Source of the DNA: a virus
Lineage: Duplodnaviria > Heunggongvirae > Uroviricota > Caudoviricetes
Virus record (IMG/VR): IMGVR_UViG_3300021387_000895
Span: 27,302-91,301 of that record
Reading direction: 5' to 3' (one strand)
DNA: 64,000 bases
Part shown: positions 47,786-57,665 of the stretch, piece by piece
How the letters are laid out: each line of letters opens with the position of its first letter
Position numbering within the stretch: position 1 is the stretch's first letter
The notes under the pieces: model-generated
Told to the model about the DNA's origin: nothing
The model's input: only the letters and a program-made list of their open reading frames with translations
Databases searched by the model: none
Position numbers and translations under genes: made by a program

Positions 47786-48448
47786 ATGAGTACCAATGAG
47801 ATATGTAAGTATCAAATTAAGGACATGTTCAAACCATATATGATCACCAAAAAGGAACAAAAAGAATTGGTTGACCGATATTTTAATGGAGAATACGGTC
47901 TTCGTGATAGAATTATTGCAAGCTATATACCTTTGGTGATCGGCGTAATTAACAAGAAATTCATGTATGTAGATGAGCGATACGCTGACGATTGCTTTTC
48001 TCTGGGATGTATAGGACTTGTAAAAGCTTTCGATACCTTTAAGAACGATAAAGGAGCAAGCTTTTCTACGTATGCCTATACTTGCATCTGGAATTCCATC
48101 GCGCACTTCTTTAGGAAGATCAAAAGGACTCCGATTACGGTGTCCCTTGATGCCCCTTTAGCTTCTGAAGATTGTAGCGAAGAACTATGCGTAAAAGATA
48201 TTATCGAGGATGATCACGAAGAATCTCAACCAGAAAATGTTTTATTTGATTCTTGTTTCATAAGCGAAGTCGAATCTAAACTCAATCTTCTTAAAGAAGT
48301 AGAACGTGAAGTAATTAAAATCAGATATTTCAATGAGAAATGCTATAACCAAGAAGAAACAGCCAGAATTTTGGAGATGTCACAAGCAGGAGTATCAAGA
48401 GCAGAAAAAAGAGGCATAACTAAGATTAAGGAGGCTTTGTTTTCATGA
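47786..48448 (+). CDS. phage-encoded sigma-70-family RNA polymerase sigma factor (group 3, SigF/SigG-like size)
   Basis: Region 2 (YIPLVIGVINKKF...DDCFSLGCIGLVKAFDTF...STYAYTCIWNSIAHFFRK) and region 4 HTH (REVIKIRYFNEKCYNQEETARILEMSQAGVSRAEKRG). Confidence 0.75.
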   Translation: MSTNEICKYQIKDMFKPYMITKKEQKELVDRYFNGEYGLRDRIIASYIPLVIGVINKKFMYVDERYADDCFSLGCIGLVKAFDTFKNDKGASFSTYAYTCIWNSIAHFFRKIKRTPITVSLDAPLASEDCSEELCVKDIIEDDHEESQPENVLFDSCFISEVESKLNLLKEVEREVIKIRYFNEKCYNQEETARILEMSQAGVSRAEKRGITKIKEALFS

Positions 48449-49047
48449 ATACGATTGATGTTAGTGAGATGCTTGATATTATTGAGAAAGAACTTCATAT
48501 AAGGGAAAAATTACTTAGGCTTAAAGAATTATATTCTAAAGGAGCACAGAATACTAACGCCTGGAGTCTTGAGTGTGATCTTCGAGATAGAATCTGGTAT
48601 TGCAAAACATGTTACGAAGAGAAAGTCTACGAAGAAATCAATAAGATGTATGAGGAAATATTTCCTTTAAGGTGTCCTAAGGAAGGTTCTTTTATTGGGT
48701 ATAAGAAGGCTCTTATATTTCCAACTCCATATTCAACTGCAGAAGCTCTGGTTACTCTCGAAATACCAGAGGATGCTAAAAGGTCCAGTGCATTTGAAGG
48801 GAAATGCAGGTGCAGCAAAGCGAAGGTGCTGTCAATCGAAAATATTCACGTTGAAGGACTTTCTCATGACTATGCATATTCGGCATATGTGGATAAGCAT
48901 AGACTATGCTTCGATAAACAAGAGCCCGATTACTACGTAGGCGATATGGTTTATCCAGATTCCTTCGATGAATTCAGATGGAATGAATGTTCCAACGGTA
49001 TTCATTTCTTCATGACAAAAGAAGAAGCTTTGGAGTATAAGATTTGA
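48445..49047 (+). CDS. paralog 1 of tandem triplicated family (CPKEGSF..RSSAF..KCRCSKA..NECSNGIHFFMTKEEA)
   Basis: Shares >40% identical blocks with the next two genes. Confidence 0.5.
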   Translation: MNTIDVSEMLDIIEKELHIREKLLRLKELYSKGAQNTNAWSLECDLRDRIWYCKTCYEEKVYEEINKMYEEIFPLRCPKEGSFIGYKKALIFPTPYSTAEALVTLEIPEDAKRSSAFEGKCRCSKAKVLSIENIHVEGLSHDYAYSAYVDKHRLCFDKQEPDYYVGDMVYPDSFDEFRWNECSNGIHFFMTKEEALEYKI

Positions 49048-49072
49048 GTGATATTCTGAAAGGAGTGAGTAT

Positions 49073-49777
49073 ATGGAGTTCTCGATCAGTGATATCTTTG
49101 TGGAGAATCCAGGGTCCATACATTGTAGGTATAAGGATGAGAAGGACATATTCAAGTACGTGCAGTCAAAGGTAGAAGTCATTAGAAAGTTTGTAAATGA
49201 GCTTAATGAAGAGTATATTGACATTGTATATGCAATATACCCCATAGAATTTGCTGCTAACCAATTGCTAAAATATGCTAATGTGCTCAGTTGGGAACAC
49301 TTCGAGTATGTACTTCAAAGCTTTGAAGAGATTTTCCCGATGCGATGCCCGAAGGAAGGCTCGTTTGTCGCTTACAAATCTGCCGAGGTATGGGAGGTAG
49401 GAGGAAAAATACCTTTAGATGTTTTGGTCACGTTGGAAGTACCAGAAGATGCCAAAAGGTCGAGCGCTTTCACTAACAAATGCCGATGCAGTAAGGCGAG
49501 AGTGCTGTCCATTAATGGTTTGAGATACCCTAACACGAGAAGTAAGTACGATCAAGCTTATTCGAACTATCATTTACATCTAAAGTATAAGAAAGGAGAA
49601 ATGATATATCCTGACAAGTTTGACGAGAATAGATGGAATGAATGCTCAAATGGTATTCATTTCTTTATGACAAAAGAAGAGGCGATACAATACGCCAATC
49701 GACGGAAACCATTCACAAGACAACTAATTAAAGCACAATCTGAAATCGATAATGCCAGAGAGGAGAACAAGCAATAA
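49073..49777 (+). CDS. paralog 2 of tandem triplicated family
   Basis: FPMRCPKEGSFVAYK...EDAKRSSAFTNKCRCSKARVLSI...NRWNECSNGIHFFMTKEEA. Confidence 0.5.
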   Translation: MEFSISDIFVENPGSIHCRYKDEKDIFKYVQSKVEVIRKFVNELNEEYIDIVYAIYPIEFAANQLLKYANVLSWEHFEYVLQSFEEIFPMRCPKEGSFVAYKSAEVWEVGGKIPLDVLVTLEVPEDAKRSSAFTNKCRCSKARVLSINGLRYPNTRSKYDQAYSNYHLHLKYKKGEMIYPDKFDENRWNECSNGIHFFMTKEEAIQYANRRKPFTRQLIKAQSEIDNAREENKQ

Positions 49778-50451
49778 TGAATACAAATGATATCTGGGTC
49801 GATAAACATGAAAAGATCGAAGATGATGAGCTTGAGAATAAGGTCTTCGATAGATATATGGCGTGGTTTAAAGATAAAATAATTCTCGTCAAGTATATGC
49901 GAGCAAAACCTCATGGACATGGTACATATGGGGCATTTGTTCACGAACAAGAAATAGCCGACAACATCGATAATGCAAAAAGCATGTTTACCAAAGAGCA
50001 CTATGATATACTGAAAGAGATGCTTGAAAAAGAGTTTCCTTTGAAGTGCCCTGAGAAAGGATCATTTGTTGGATACAAGAAGTGTGTAGTGCTTGATAAG
50101 TCTGAGCAATGCGGATTTTTTGGGTCAGATTGTGATTTAAATGCCAACCATGTTCTCGTTACTCTTGAGATCCCAAGCACTTCCAGAAGATCCAGCGCAT
50201 TTGGAAATAAGTGCCGATGTGAATCAGCAAAGGTGATTGATATTATCGGCATTAACGCTGATCCATATGATAGAACAATCATTCATTATGAATCGGCTAT
50301 TTCCGGATTCGTTCCGCATGGTCCTCAACTTCTCCATTATATTAAGAATGGAATTGTAGTTGCTGACTCCTTTGATGATAATCGCTGGCGGGAGTGCTCT
50401 CATGGAATACACTTCTTTATGGAACCTGAAGAAGCAATAAACTACTGGTAA
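49777..50451 (+). CDS. paralog 3 of tandem triplicated family
   Basis: FPLKCPEKGSFVGYKK...RRSSAFGNKCRCESAKV...NRWRECSHGIHFFMEPEEA. Confidence 0.5.
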   Translation: MNTNDIWVDKHEKIEDDELENKVFDRYMAWFKDKIILVKYMRAKPHGHGTYGAFVHEQEIADNIDNAKSMFTKEHYDILKEMLEKEFPLKCPEKGSFVGYKKCVVLDKSEQCGFFGSDCDLNANHVLVTLEIPSTSRRSSAFGNKCRCESAKVIDIIGINADPYDRTIIHYESAISGFVPHGPQLLHYIKNGIVVADSFDDNRWRECSHGIHFFMEPEEAINYW

Positions 50452-50468
50452 GAAAGGAGATCAAGTAT

Positions 50469-50954
50469 ATGATTATATCGTGTTACCCTGGAGTTGGAAA
50501 ATCTACCATCGCAAACAAGCGAATTGATATAATAGATCTCGACTCTAGACTGTTCAATGACGATTCCGTTATATCAGTTGACTTCTTCAAGAGGTATGTG
50601 AGTGTTGCAAAGTACTTGAGCAAGCAGGGGAAAATAGTACTTGTATCATCTCATTCTAATGTAAGGAAACAGCTTCTTGACAGTCATGATGAGAAGATAG
50701 CCGAGATATTCCCTTCAGAGAAATTGGAAGACGAATGGATCGAGCGTCTAAGATTAAGATGGGAAACCAGCGGAAATAAGAGCGATTACTATGCTTACTG
50801 GAGAAGCAAGATCAACTATGTTGAAGATATTAAAGACATGAAGGACGACTTTAATAAGGAGAAGTCATGCCTATGGTTCAGACAAAGTGAACTGTGTGAC
50901 ATGGATTATGACCTTGAAGAAGTCATAGAAGGACTTACATATGAGTATCAGTAA
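50469..50954 (+). CDS. P-loop nucleotide kinase-like protein (possible (d)NMP kinase)
   Basis: N-terminal CYPGVGKST Walker A right after Met; 161 aa. Confidence 0.45.
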   Translation: MIISCYPGVGKSTIANKRIDIIDLDSRLFNDDSVISVDFFKRYVSVAKYLSKQGKIVLVSSHSNVRKQLLDSHDEKIAEIFPSEKLEDEWIERLRLRWETSGNKSDYYAYWRSKINYVEDIKDMKDDFNKEKSCLWFRQSELCDMDYDLEEVIEGLTYEYQ

Positions 50955-50966
50955 GAGGAATAAGAA

Positions 50967-51338
50967 ATGAGATATGCTAATATAGATAGAAATACCCATT
51001 ACTTTATCTTGACAAGACCTCTTGATTATATTCCGATTCTCAATCTATACATTGGTAAAACTTATGGTTATGGTCACCCTGAAGTTTGGGCTGAATTTGA
51101 AGTAATTGAGGATCAATATAAAATTGAAGACGGCTATAAAATTGAACTAAAAGCCATTGATCCTATTTATGGGAGAGAAACTTTTTATCAAATGGATTTC
51201 GACTCTATGGTAGAATCTGGAATAAATATTATAAAAAAGACAAATGATAATCAACATGTAGAAGAAATTACTTGGATGGAACCACTATGTTGTGGTTTAA
51301 AACTAGTACATACCGCAAGTATATTGGTTAATGACTGA
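50967..51338 (+). CDS. hypothetical protein
   Basis: RBS GAGGAATAAG. Confidence 0.4.
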   Translation: MRYANIDRNTHYFILTRPLDYIPILNLYIGKTYGYGHPEVWAEFEVIEDQYKIEDGYKIELKAIDPIYGRETFYQMDFDSMVESGINIIKKTNDNQHVEEITWMEPLCCGLKLVHTASILVND

Positions 51339-51475
51339 ATAAATGATATATTTTCTCGCGCTGAAAACACGCAGGAGAATGAAGAGGGATTTGTATTGAA
51401 TCTCTCTTCTTTATTTTTACGAATGGAATTTGAATCGAAGACTTATATTTGAAATACGAAATTTGGAGGTGAAGG

Positions 51476-52048
51476 ATGGTGATGTACGCAGTCAATTACG
51501 GATTTGATATTGATCAGGATTACTTTGCTTGGCTTTGTGAAATGGTGCACATCGATCAGATGGATAGGAGCTATATGAACTTAGCAAAGGATCTGCATCA
51601 CCGGAAGTTTTACTCGTTGGTATCCCACGATGAGAACCGAGCGAGCGATGGACAGGAATTAAGAGAGTATTATATGAGAGAGATCAACTATCCAAAGTAT
51701 TTGGAGCTTGAAGGAGAATGCTCTGTACTTGAGATGCTGATCGGCCTTGCGAGAAGGATGGATTTTGAGACCAACAACCCGTATGATATTAACGGTCCAA
51801 AGGACAAAACGACTTATTGGTTCTGGGAAATGATTGATAATTTGGGGCTTATGAAGTTCTCAGATGACGTCTATTATCAAAACGGTGGAGCCAATAAGGT
51901 TGATAAGATCCTCGATAGATTCTTGAACAGGAGATATTCCAAGGATGGAACTGGCGGTCTGTTTCCGCTTGATAATCCAAGGCGGGATCAACGAGAAGTT
52001 GAGATTTGGTATCAGATGAACAGCTATCTTGCGGAGAGAGAAATGTGA
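51476..52048 (+). CDS. hypothetical protein
   Basis: Early motif variant (CTCGCGCTGAAAACACG) upstream; GGAGGTG RBS. Confidence 0.45.
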   Translation: MVMYAVNYGFDIDQDYFAWLCEMVHIDQMDRSYMNLAKDLHHRKFYSLVSHDENRASDGQELREYYMREINYPKYLELEGECSVLEMLIGLARRMDFETNNPYDINGPKDKTTYWFWEMIDNLGLMKFSDDVYYQNGGANKVDKILDRFLNRRYSKDGTGGLFPLDNPRRDQREVEIWYQMNSYLAEREM

Positions 52049-52099
52049 TATTCTTTGATGTGGATTTGTTAGATTTGGTAGTATTGACGGAGGTACAGT

Positions 52100-52351
52100 A
52101 TGGGTAATATGACTGGGATTGATATTGCTCTGATGGTCGTTGCAATACTCTTCGTTGGGTTCTTTGGGCTGCTTGCAGTAATGGGAGCAGCCTTTGCAAT
52201 TTTTGTTTCGGTGAAGGACTTAATATTCATTATGAAACGTAAAAAGGCCAACAGAACGATTGGAAAAATGGATCGGCGCGGCCGAGTCTATGGTCATTAT
52301 ATTTGCCAAAAAGGCAGGTTGAGAGGGCGATCAGACAGGGGTGAAAGTTAG
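52100..52351 (+). CDS. hypothetical small membrane protein
   Basis: Two TM helices. Confidence 0.4.
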   Translation: MGNMTGIDIALMVVAILFVGFFGLLAVMGAAFAIFVSVKDLIFIMKRKKANRTIGKMDRRGRVYGHYICQKGRLRGRSDRGES

Positions 52352-52353
52352 TC

Positions 52354-52548
52354 ATGGAAGCGTCTAATATCGAGTTTTTGAAGGTTCAAATCAAGAGAGA
52401 AATGACCGAACTTTTGAGGGTAAAAGAGCAACTAAAAATGTCAAATGAGGCCGGCAGTTTACCAGGAGATAAGGCCGATTGGTGCGTTGAAAAATTGTCG
52501 GATGTGGTGAACGATTTAGGGCATATTTTAGACGTATTTTTAGGGTAA
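52354..52548 (+). CDS. hypothetical small protein
   Basis: Coupled start. Confidence 0.35.
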   Translation: MEASNIEFLKVQIKREMTELLRVKEQLKMSNEAGSLPGDKADWCVEKLSDVVNDLGHILDVFLG

Positions 52549-52925
52549 AAACGCTGTTACGTTTTTTACGTTTTGTGACGTTTTTGTGACAAAAATTTTT
52601 GAAGAATTTGGAATTTTTCGAAGCAAATGATATACTTTTTCATTACATTTGGAAATTTTGTGACAAAAAAGTGTCACAATGTTACGTTTTTTGTGCAAAA
52701 CTGAAACCTGAAAACCCTTGATTTTATTGGGTTTGTGACGTTTGTTACGTTTTTTTGGCACTTTTTTAATTAGCTAAAGAAAAAAATTTTTTATAAAGTA
52801 ATAAAAAAGCCTAAATTTTTGTCACAAACGTAACAAGACCTATTTTTGCGAAGAAAAATGTGATGCTGAAAATGAGGTCAAAAATGGTGCTGAAAGAGTG
52901 ATATTTTTGAGGAGGAAACTGGCAA
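52549..52925. repeat. AT-rich iteron/palindrome-dense non-coding region (putative origin of replication or replicase control region)
   Basis: Multiple copies of GTTACGTTTTT, GTGACGTTT and TGTGACA / TGTCACA in direct and inverted orientation, including the palindrome TTGTGACAAAAAAGTGTCACAA; immediately upstream of the replicase gene. Confidence 0.55.
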
Positions 52926-55900
52926 ATGGACTTCTATAAAATCAGGGAAAGGAGTCGCAAAGGTGGGGTTGAAATTTACCCTGATTTTCGAGTCGATGAT
53001 CTCGAGGATCTCCTTGTTCGAGGCGGTAAGTTTTATGCGGTGTGGGATGACGACAAAGGTCTGTGGTCACAGAATCCATTAACAGCACGAAGGATAGTCG
53101 ATAAGGATCTTTGGGAGTATGCTGATAAATTCAGAGACAAGTTTCACTTTGATGGTCCGATCAATGTAATGACCATGGAATCGGATTCGAGTGGTTCATG
53201 GAATCGCTTCGTTGCATATTTGAAACGCTCTCCTGATTCCAATGTTCAGCTCGACAACAAGCTTACGTTTCTGAACAGTAAAGTGACGAAGAAGGACTAT
53301 ATTTCGAAGCGGCTTGACTATGCGCTTGAAGAGGGTGACTATTCAGCATGGGATAAAATTGTAGGGACTTTGTACGATGAGAAAGAGAGGGAAAAGATTG
53401 AATGGTCTATTGGTGCAATTATATCTGGAGACAGCAAGACCATTCAGAAGTTCTGTGTGTTCTATGGTGAACCCGGAACTGGTAAGGGAACTATTCTGGA
53501 AATCGTACAGAGATTGTTCAAAGGATATTTTACCGTATTTGATGCGAAAGCTCTTGCTTCTGCTTCCAATCAGTTCTCGACAGAGATGTTTGCTTCAAAT
53601 CCTTTGGTTGCTATGCAGACCGAGGGTGACCTTTCCAGAATCGAAGATAATACAAAGCTGAACGCGATCGTATCTCACGAGCCTATTGTGATAAATGAGA
53701 AGAACAAATCACAGTATATGGGAAAGGCGAATTGCTTCTTGATGCTGGCTACAAATACTCCTGTCAAGATAACCGATGCGAGAAGTGGTATCATTCGAAG
53801 GCTGATTGATATTAATCCGAGCGGAAGGACGATCCCTTCGAATGAGTATGAGGCACTCATGAGTCAGATTGATTTTCAGCTCGGGGGTATTGCATGGCAT
53901 TGCCTTCAGGTGTATCGAGAACTCGGCAAGAATTACTATAAGACTTACAAGCCTACACAGATGATTATGAAGACCGACGTCTTTTATAATTTTGTAGAGG
54001 CTAATCTTGAGACATTTGAAGGGCAGGATGGGATATCTCTCAAACAAGCTTATGCGATGTATAAGGATTACTGTGATGAGGCTCTTGTAGAATACAAGTT
54101 GCCTAGACATCGTTTCAGGGAGGAGCTTAGAGCTTATTATGATCGGTTTGATGAGGTAACGAGAGATCCTGATGGGAAGCAGATCAGGAGCTGGTTCTCG
54201 GGATTTAAGAAAGATAAATTTGAACCGCCCGTTTTAAAGAAAACTCAAAAACCATTGGCGATGGTTCTCGAGTGTACTGAAAGTCTACTGGATGATATTT
54301 TGGCTGATTGTAAGGCTCAGTATGCGAACGAGGATGAAAAGCCAAGTATTGCGTGGAGCAAGGTTGAGACGAGACTTAAGGATCTCGATACGACCAGGCT
54401 CCATTATATTTTGCCCAAGAATCCGGAATGGAAGTACAAGTTGATCATGATCGACTTTGATATTAAGAATGCCGATGGTGAAAAAGACATGCTTCTTAAT
54501 CTGGAAGCTGCAAGTAAATGGACAAAGACTTATGCTGAGTTTTCAAAAGGTGGCGGAGGAATACACCTGATATATTGGTACGACGGGGATATTGACAAGT
54601 TGTCTTCTGTGTATGCTCCAGGAATTGAAGTGAAAGTGTTTAGAGGCAATTCGTCAATGCGAAGGAGATTGTCGAAGTGCAATAACATTCCAATTGCCGT
54701 TCTGACTTCAGGACTTCCTATGAAGGAGGAAAAGATGATTGACGTAAAAGCTGTTAAATCTCAGAAGAAGCTGGTTGAAATTGTTAAGGACTGTTTGAAT
54801 AAAAAGCATCATGGAGCTACAAAGCCTGAGATTGATTTTTTAGTAAAGATATTGGATGATGCATACAACAGCGGATTGGTATATGACATAAGCGATTTGG
54901 AGCATGATATTCTCATGTTCGCTATCAATTCGAGTCATAACGCCCTTTATTGCAAGAATCAAGTCAAGAAGATGAAGTTCAAGTCTGATCAGCCGATCGA
55001 AGAGGTTTCTCAGAGAAAAGATCCTGTTACAGATGAACTTGTGTTCTTTGATATTGAGGTATTCCCCAATCTGTTGCTGGTGAATTGGAAAATTGCCGGA
55101 GATGGTAATCCTGTAATGAGAATGATAAATCCGTCTCCACAGGATATTGAGAATCTGTTTAAGTTTAAGCTGGTTGGATTCAATTGCAGAAAGTACGACA
55201 ATCATATTTTATACGGAAGATACCTTGGTCTCAGTGTTGAGGAATTATACGATCTGTCACAAAGGATAATTGTTGAACAGGCTCGTGATGCTTTTTATCC
55301 TGAAGCATACAACATCAGTTATACAGATGTTTATGATTTTTCAAGTAAAAAACAGAGCCTTAAGAAATTTGAGATCGAACTTGGCATTCATCATCAGGAG
55401 CTTGGTCTACCATGGGATAAACCTGTTCCGGAAGAGATGTGGAACCAGGTTGCAGAGTACTGTGACAACGATGTTATAGCGACTGAGGCTACTTTTAATG
55501 CCCGTAAAGCTGATTTCACAGCAAGACAAATTCTGGCGGCTGTTGCTGGTCTTACGGTCAATGATACTACAAATACACTTACAACAAGAATTATATTTGG
55601 TGGTGAACGTAAACCTCAGCATGAGTTTAACTATCGCGATATGGGGGATGAATCCGATGCCCATATGAGTACGGATGATATTTTAACCGATAAGCGATGG
55701 ACGGTATTTGACAGTAAAGGTCGTCCAATCTTTCCTGGATATCGGTATGAGTTTGGTAAATCGACTTACCGAGGGGAAGAAGTTGGTGAGGGAGGCTATG
55801 TGTATGCAGAGCCAGGAATACATTGCCATGTCGCTCTTCTTGATATTGCATCAATGCATCCATCATCCATTGTCGCTGAAGATCTGTTCGGACCTACATA

Positions 55901-57146
55901 CACTCAGCGGTTCCATGATATTCTGAATGCTCGAATTGCTATAAAGCATGGCGATTTTGATACAGCAAGGAAACTGCTGGATGGTAAATTGGCCCCGTTC
56001 CTCGATGATGAGAAAGCTGCAAAGGATCTTGCTCAGGCTCTGAAGATAGCTATCAATTCAGTTTACGGATTGACAAGCGCCAGGTTCGAGAATCCGTTCA
56101 GGGATAAGAGAAATAAGGATAATATTGTTGCAAAGCGTGGAGCTCTGTTTATGGTTAATCTTAAGCATGAAGTTCAGGCTCGCGGATTTACTGTTGCACA
56201 TATTAAGACTGACTCAATCAAGATACCCAATGCTACACCTGATATTATTCAGTTCGTTATGGAATACGGAAAGCTTTACGGATACAATTTCGAGCACGAA
56301 GCTACGTATGATCGTATGTGCCTTGTTAATGACGCAGTTTATATTGCAAGGTTTGCCACTTCTGAATGGTGTGAGAATGAGTATGGATATTCTCCAAAAG
56401 AGAATTATGAGGATGGCGGACAATGGACTGCTACCGGCGCTCAATTTCAGCAGCCATACGTGTTCAAGACTTTGTTCTCGGGCGATGAATTGATGTTTAG
56501 CGATTTCTGCGAGACAAAGAGCGTTACCGGAGGAGCTATCTATTTGGACATGAATGAATCGCTTCCTGATATTTCAGACACTGAGGCAACACTTGAGAAG
56601 GCTATGAAGAAAAGTGGCATCACATTGGATGATATTCTAAGATGTGAAGCCGATCCTTATGCGATTGAAGGTATGAATTCTGATCAAGGCAGCGTGATGC
56701 ACTATTTACTAGAGCTTAGAAAGGATATTTCAGCATGCCATGATTATCACTTTGTCGGAAGGGCTGGATTATTTACACCAATAAAGCCTGGAGCCGGAGG
56801 CGGTGTAATGTACCGAGAAAAGAACGGAAAGTATTACGCTGTCGGTGGAACAAAGGGCTATAGGTGGCTTGAAGCCGAGGTGGTGATGTCGCTTCACAAA
56901 GAGAATGATATTGACAAAAGGTATCATGAGGATCTTGCAAACGAGGCAATCAAAGCTATCTCTGAGTATGGAGATTTTGAAGCATTCGTTTCTTCTGAGC
57001 CTTATATTTCATATGATGATAGTAAACCTCCGTTTGATCTGGTTCCATGTGGAGATGGCAAATACAACACATGCATGGAATGTCCAGCCTGTAAAGGAGA
57101 TCAATGCCTTAATGGGTATAGCTTATCTACTTATGTGAATGGGTGA
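52926..57146 (+). CDS. fused replicase: P-loop NTPase + AEP primase-polymerase domain + family B DNA polymerase with 3'-5' exonuclease
   Basis: Walker A GEPGTGKGT (aa ~183); AEP motifs MIDFDIKNADGEKD and SKGGGGIHLIYWY; Exo I FFDIEVFPN, Exo II FNCRKYDNHIL, Exo III YCDNDV; Pol A LDIASMHPSSIVA, Pol B KIAINSVYG, Pol C HIKTDSI. Confidence 0.75.
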   Translation: MDFYKIRERSRKGGVEIYPDFRVDDLEDLLVRGGKFYAVWDDDKGLWSQNPLTARRIVDKDLWEYADKFRDKFHFDGPINVMTMESDSSGSWNRFVAYLKRSPDSNVQLDNKLTFLNSKVTKKDYISKRLDYALEEGDYSAWDKIVGTLYDEKEREKIEWSIGAIISGDSKTIQKFCVFYGEPGTGKGTILEIVQRLFKGYFTVFDAKALASASNQFSTEMFASNPLVAMQTEGDLSRIEDNTKLNAIVSHEPIVINEKNKSQYMGKANCFLMLATNTPVKITDARSGIIRRLIDINPSGRTIPSNEYEALMSQIDFQLGGIAWHCLQVYRELGKNYYKTYKPTQMIMKTDVFYNFVEANLETFEGQDGISLKQAYAMYKDYCDEALVEYKLPRHRFREELRAYYDRFDEVTRDPDGKQIRSWFSGFKKDKFEPPVLKKTQKPLAMVLECTESLLDDILADCKAQYANEDEKPSIAWSKVETRLKDLDTTRLHYILPKNPEWKYKLIMIDFDIKNADGEKDMLLNLEAASKWTKTYAEFSKGGGGIHLIYWYDGDIDKLSSVYAPGIEVKVFRGNSSMRRRLSKCNNIPIAVLTSGLPMKEEKMIDVKAVKSQKKLVEIVKDCLNKKHHGATKPEIDFLVKILDDAYNSGLVYDISDLEHDILMFAINSSHNALYCKNQVKKMKFKSDQPIEEVSQRKDPVTDELVFFDIEVFPNLLLVNWKIAGDGNPVMRMINPSPQDIENLFKFKLVGFNCRKYDNHILYGRYLGLSVEELYDLSQRIIVEQARDAFYPEAYNISYTDVYDFSSKKQSLKKFEIELGIHHQELGLPWDKPVPEEMWNQVAEYCDNDVIATEATFNARKADFTARQILAAVAGLTVNDTTNTLTTRIIFGGERKPQHEFNYRDMGDESDAHMSTDDILTDKRWTVFDSKGRPIFPGYRYEFGKSTYRGEEVGEGGYVYAEPGIHCHVALLDIASMHPSSIVAEDLFGPTYTQRFHDILNARIAIKHGDFDTARKLLDGKLAPFLDDEKAAKDLAQALKIAINSVYGLTSARFENPFRDKRNKDNIVAKRGALFMVNLKHEVQARGFTVAHIKTDSIKIPNATPDIIQFVMEYGKLYGYNFEHEATYDRMCLVNDAVYIARFATSEWCENEYGYSPKENYEDGGQWTATGAQFQQPYVFKTLFSGDELMFSDFCETKSVTGGAIYLDMNESLPDISDTEATLEKAMKKSGITLDDILRCEADPYAIEGMNSDQGSVMHYLLELRKDISACHDYHFVGRAGLFTPIKPGAGGGVMYREKNGKYYAVGGTKGYRWLEAEVVMSLHKENDIDKRYHEDLANEAIKAISEYGDFEAFVSSEPYISYDDSKPPFDLVPCGDGKYNTCMECPACKGDQCLNGYSLSTYVNG

Positions 57147-57447
57147 GGTGAAATTGATATTGAAGATTCAGGATTGTATTAATGGCGTTGGGCCTATCAA
57201 TAAGATTATGATAATGCTTCCGAGCGAAGAAATGCTCATGTATGAGAATGTGGAGTACATCGAATACGATGAAGACGCCGATGCATTGATAATTAAGGTT
57301 GATGGTGCTTTGGCGGTTTATTCGATTGGAACCATCATCAATTTTACGATCGAAGAGAAGAAGGAAGAAAACGATGAAACTGAAATCATCTCCATCCTTG
57401 ATAAGAACTCAGATCAGGAGGAGAAGATCATAAAGCTTAAGACTTAA
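57139..57447 (+). CDS. hypothetical acidic protein
   Basis: Overlaps replicase stop. Confidence 0.4.
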   Translation: MGEVKLILKIQDCINGVGPINKIMIMLPSEEMLMYENVEYIEYDEDADALIIKVDGALAVYSIGTIINFTIEEKKEENDETEIISILDKNSDQEEKIIKLKT

Positions 57448-57473
57448 CAGTTCTTGATATTTGAAGGGAGGTG

Positions 57474-57665
57474 ATGGAGATGACGCCTGACGAACGTTCG
57501 AAGTTGATGGAAGCCGCTTCATTGGTTGCCAAAGTAAGGAACGAAATGGTGGACAACAGAAATTACCATGATATTCGAATACTGGAAAGGGTAATCAATG
57601 AGATAGCGGTTGTTCTTGAGAATGATCAAGACAGAAAGGACAAGGAGGAAACAGATAATGGTTAG
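57474..57665 (+). CDS. hypothetical small protein
   Basis: GGGAGGTG RBS. Confidence 0.4.
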   Translation: MEMTPDERSKLMEAASLVAKVRNEMVDNRNYHDIRILERVINEIAVVLENDQDRKDKEETDNG

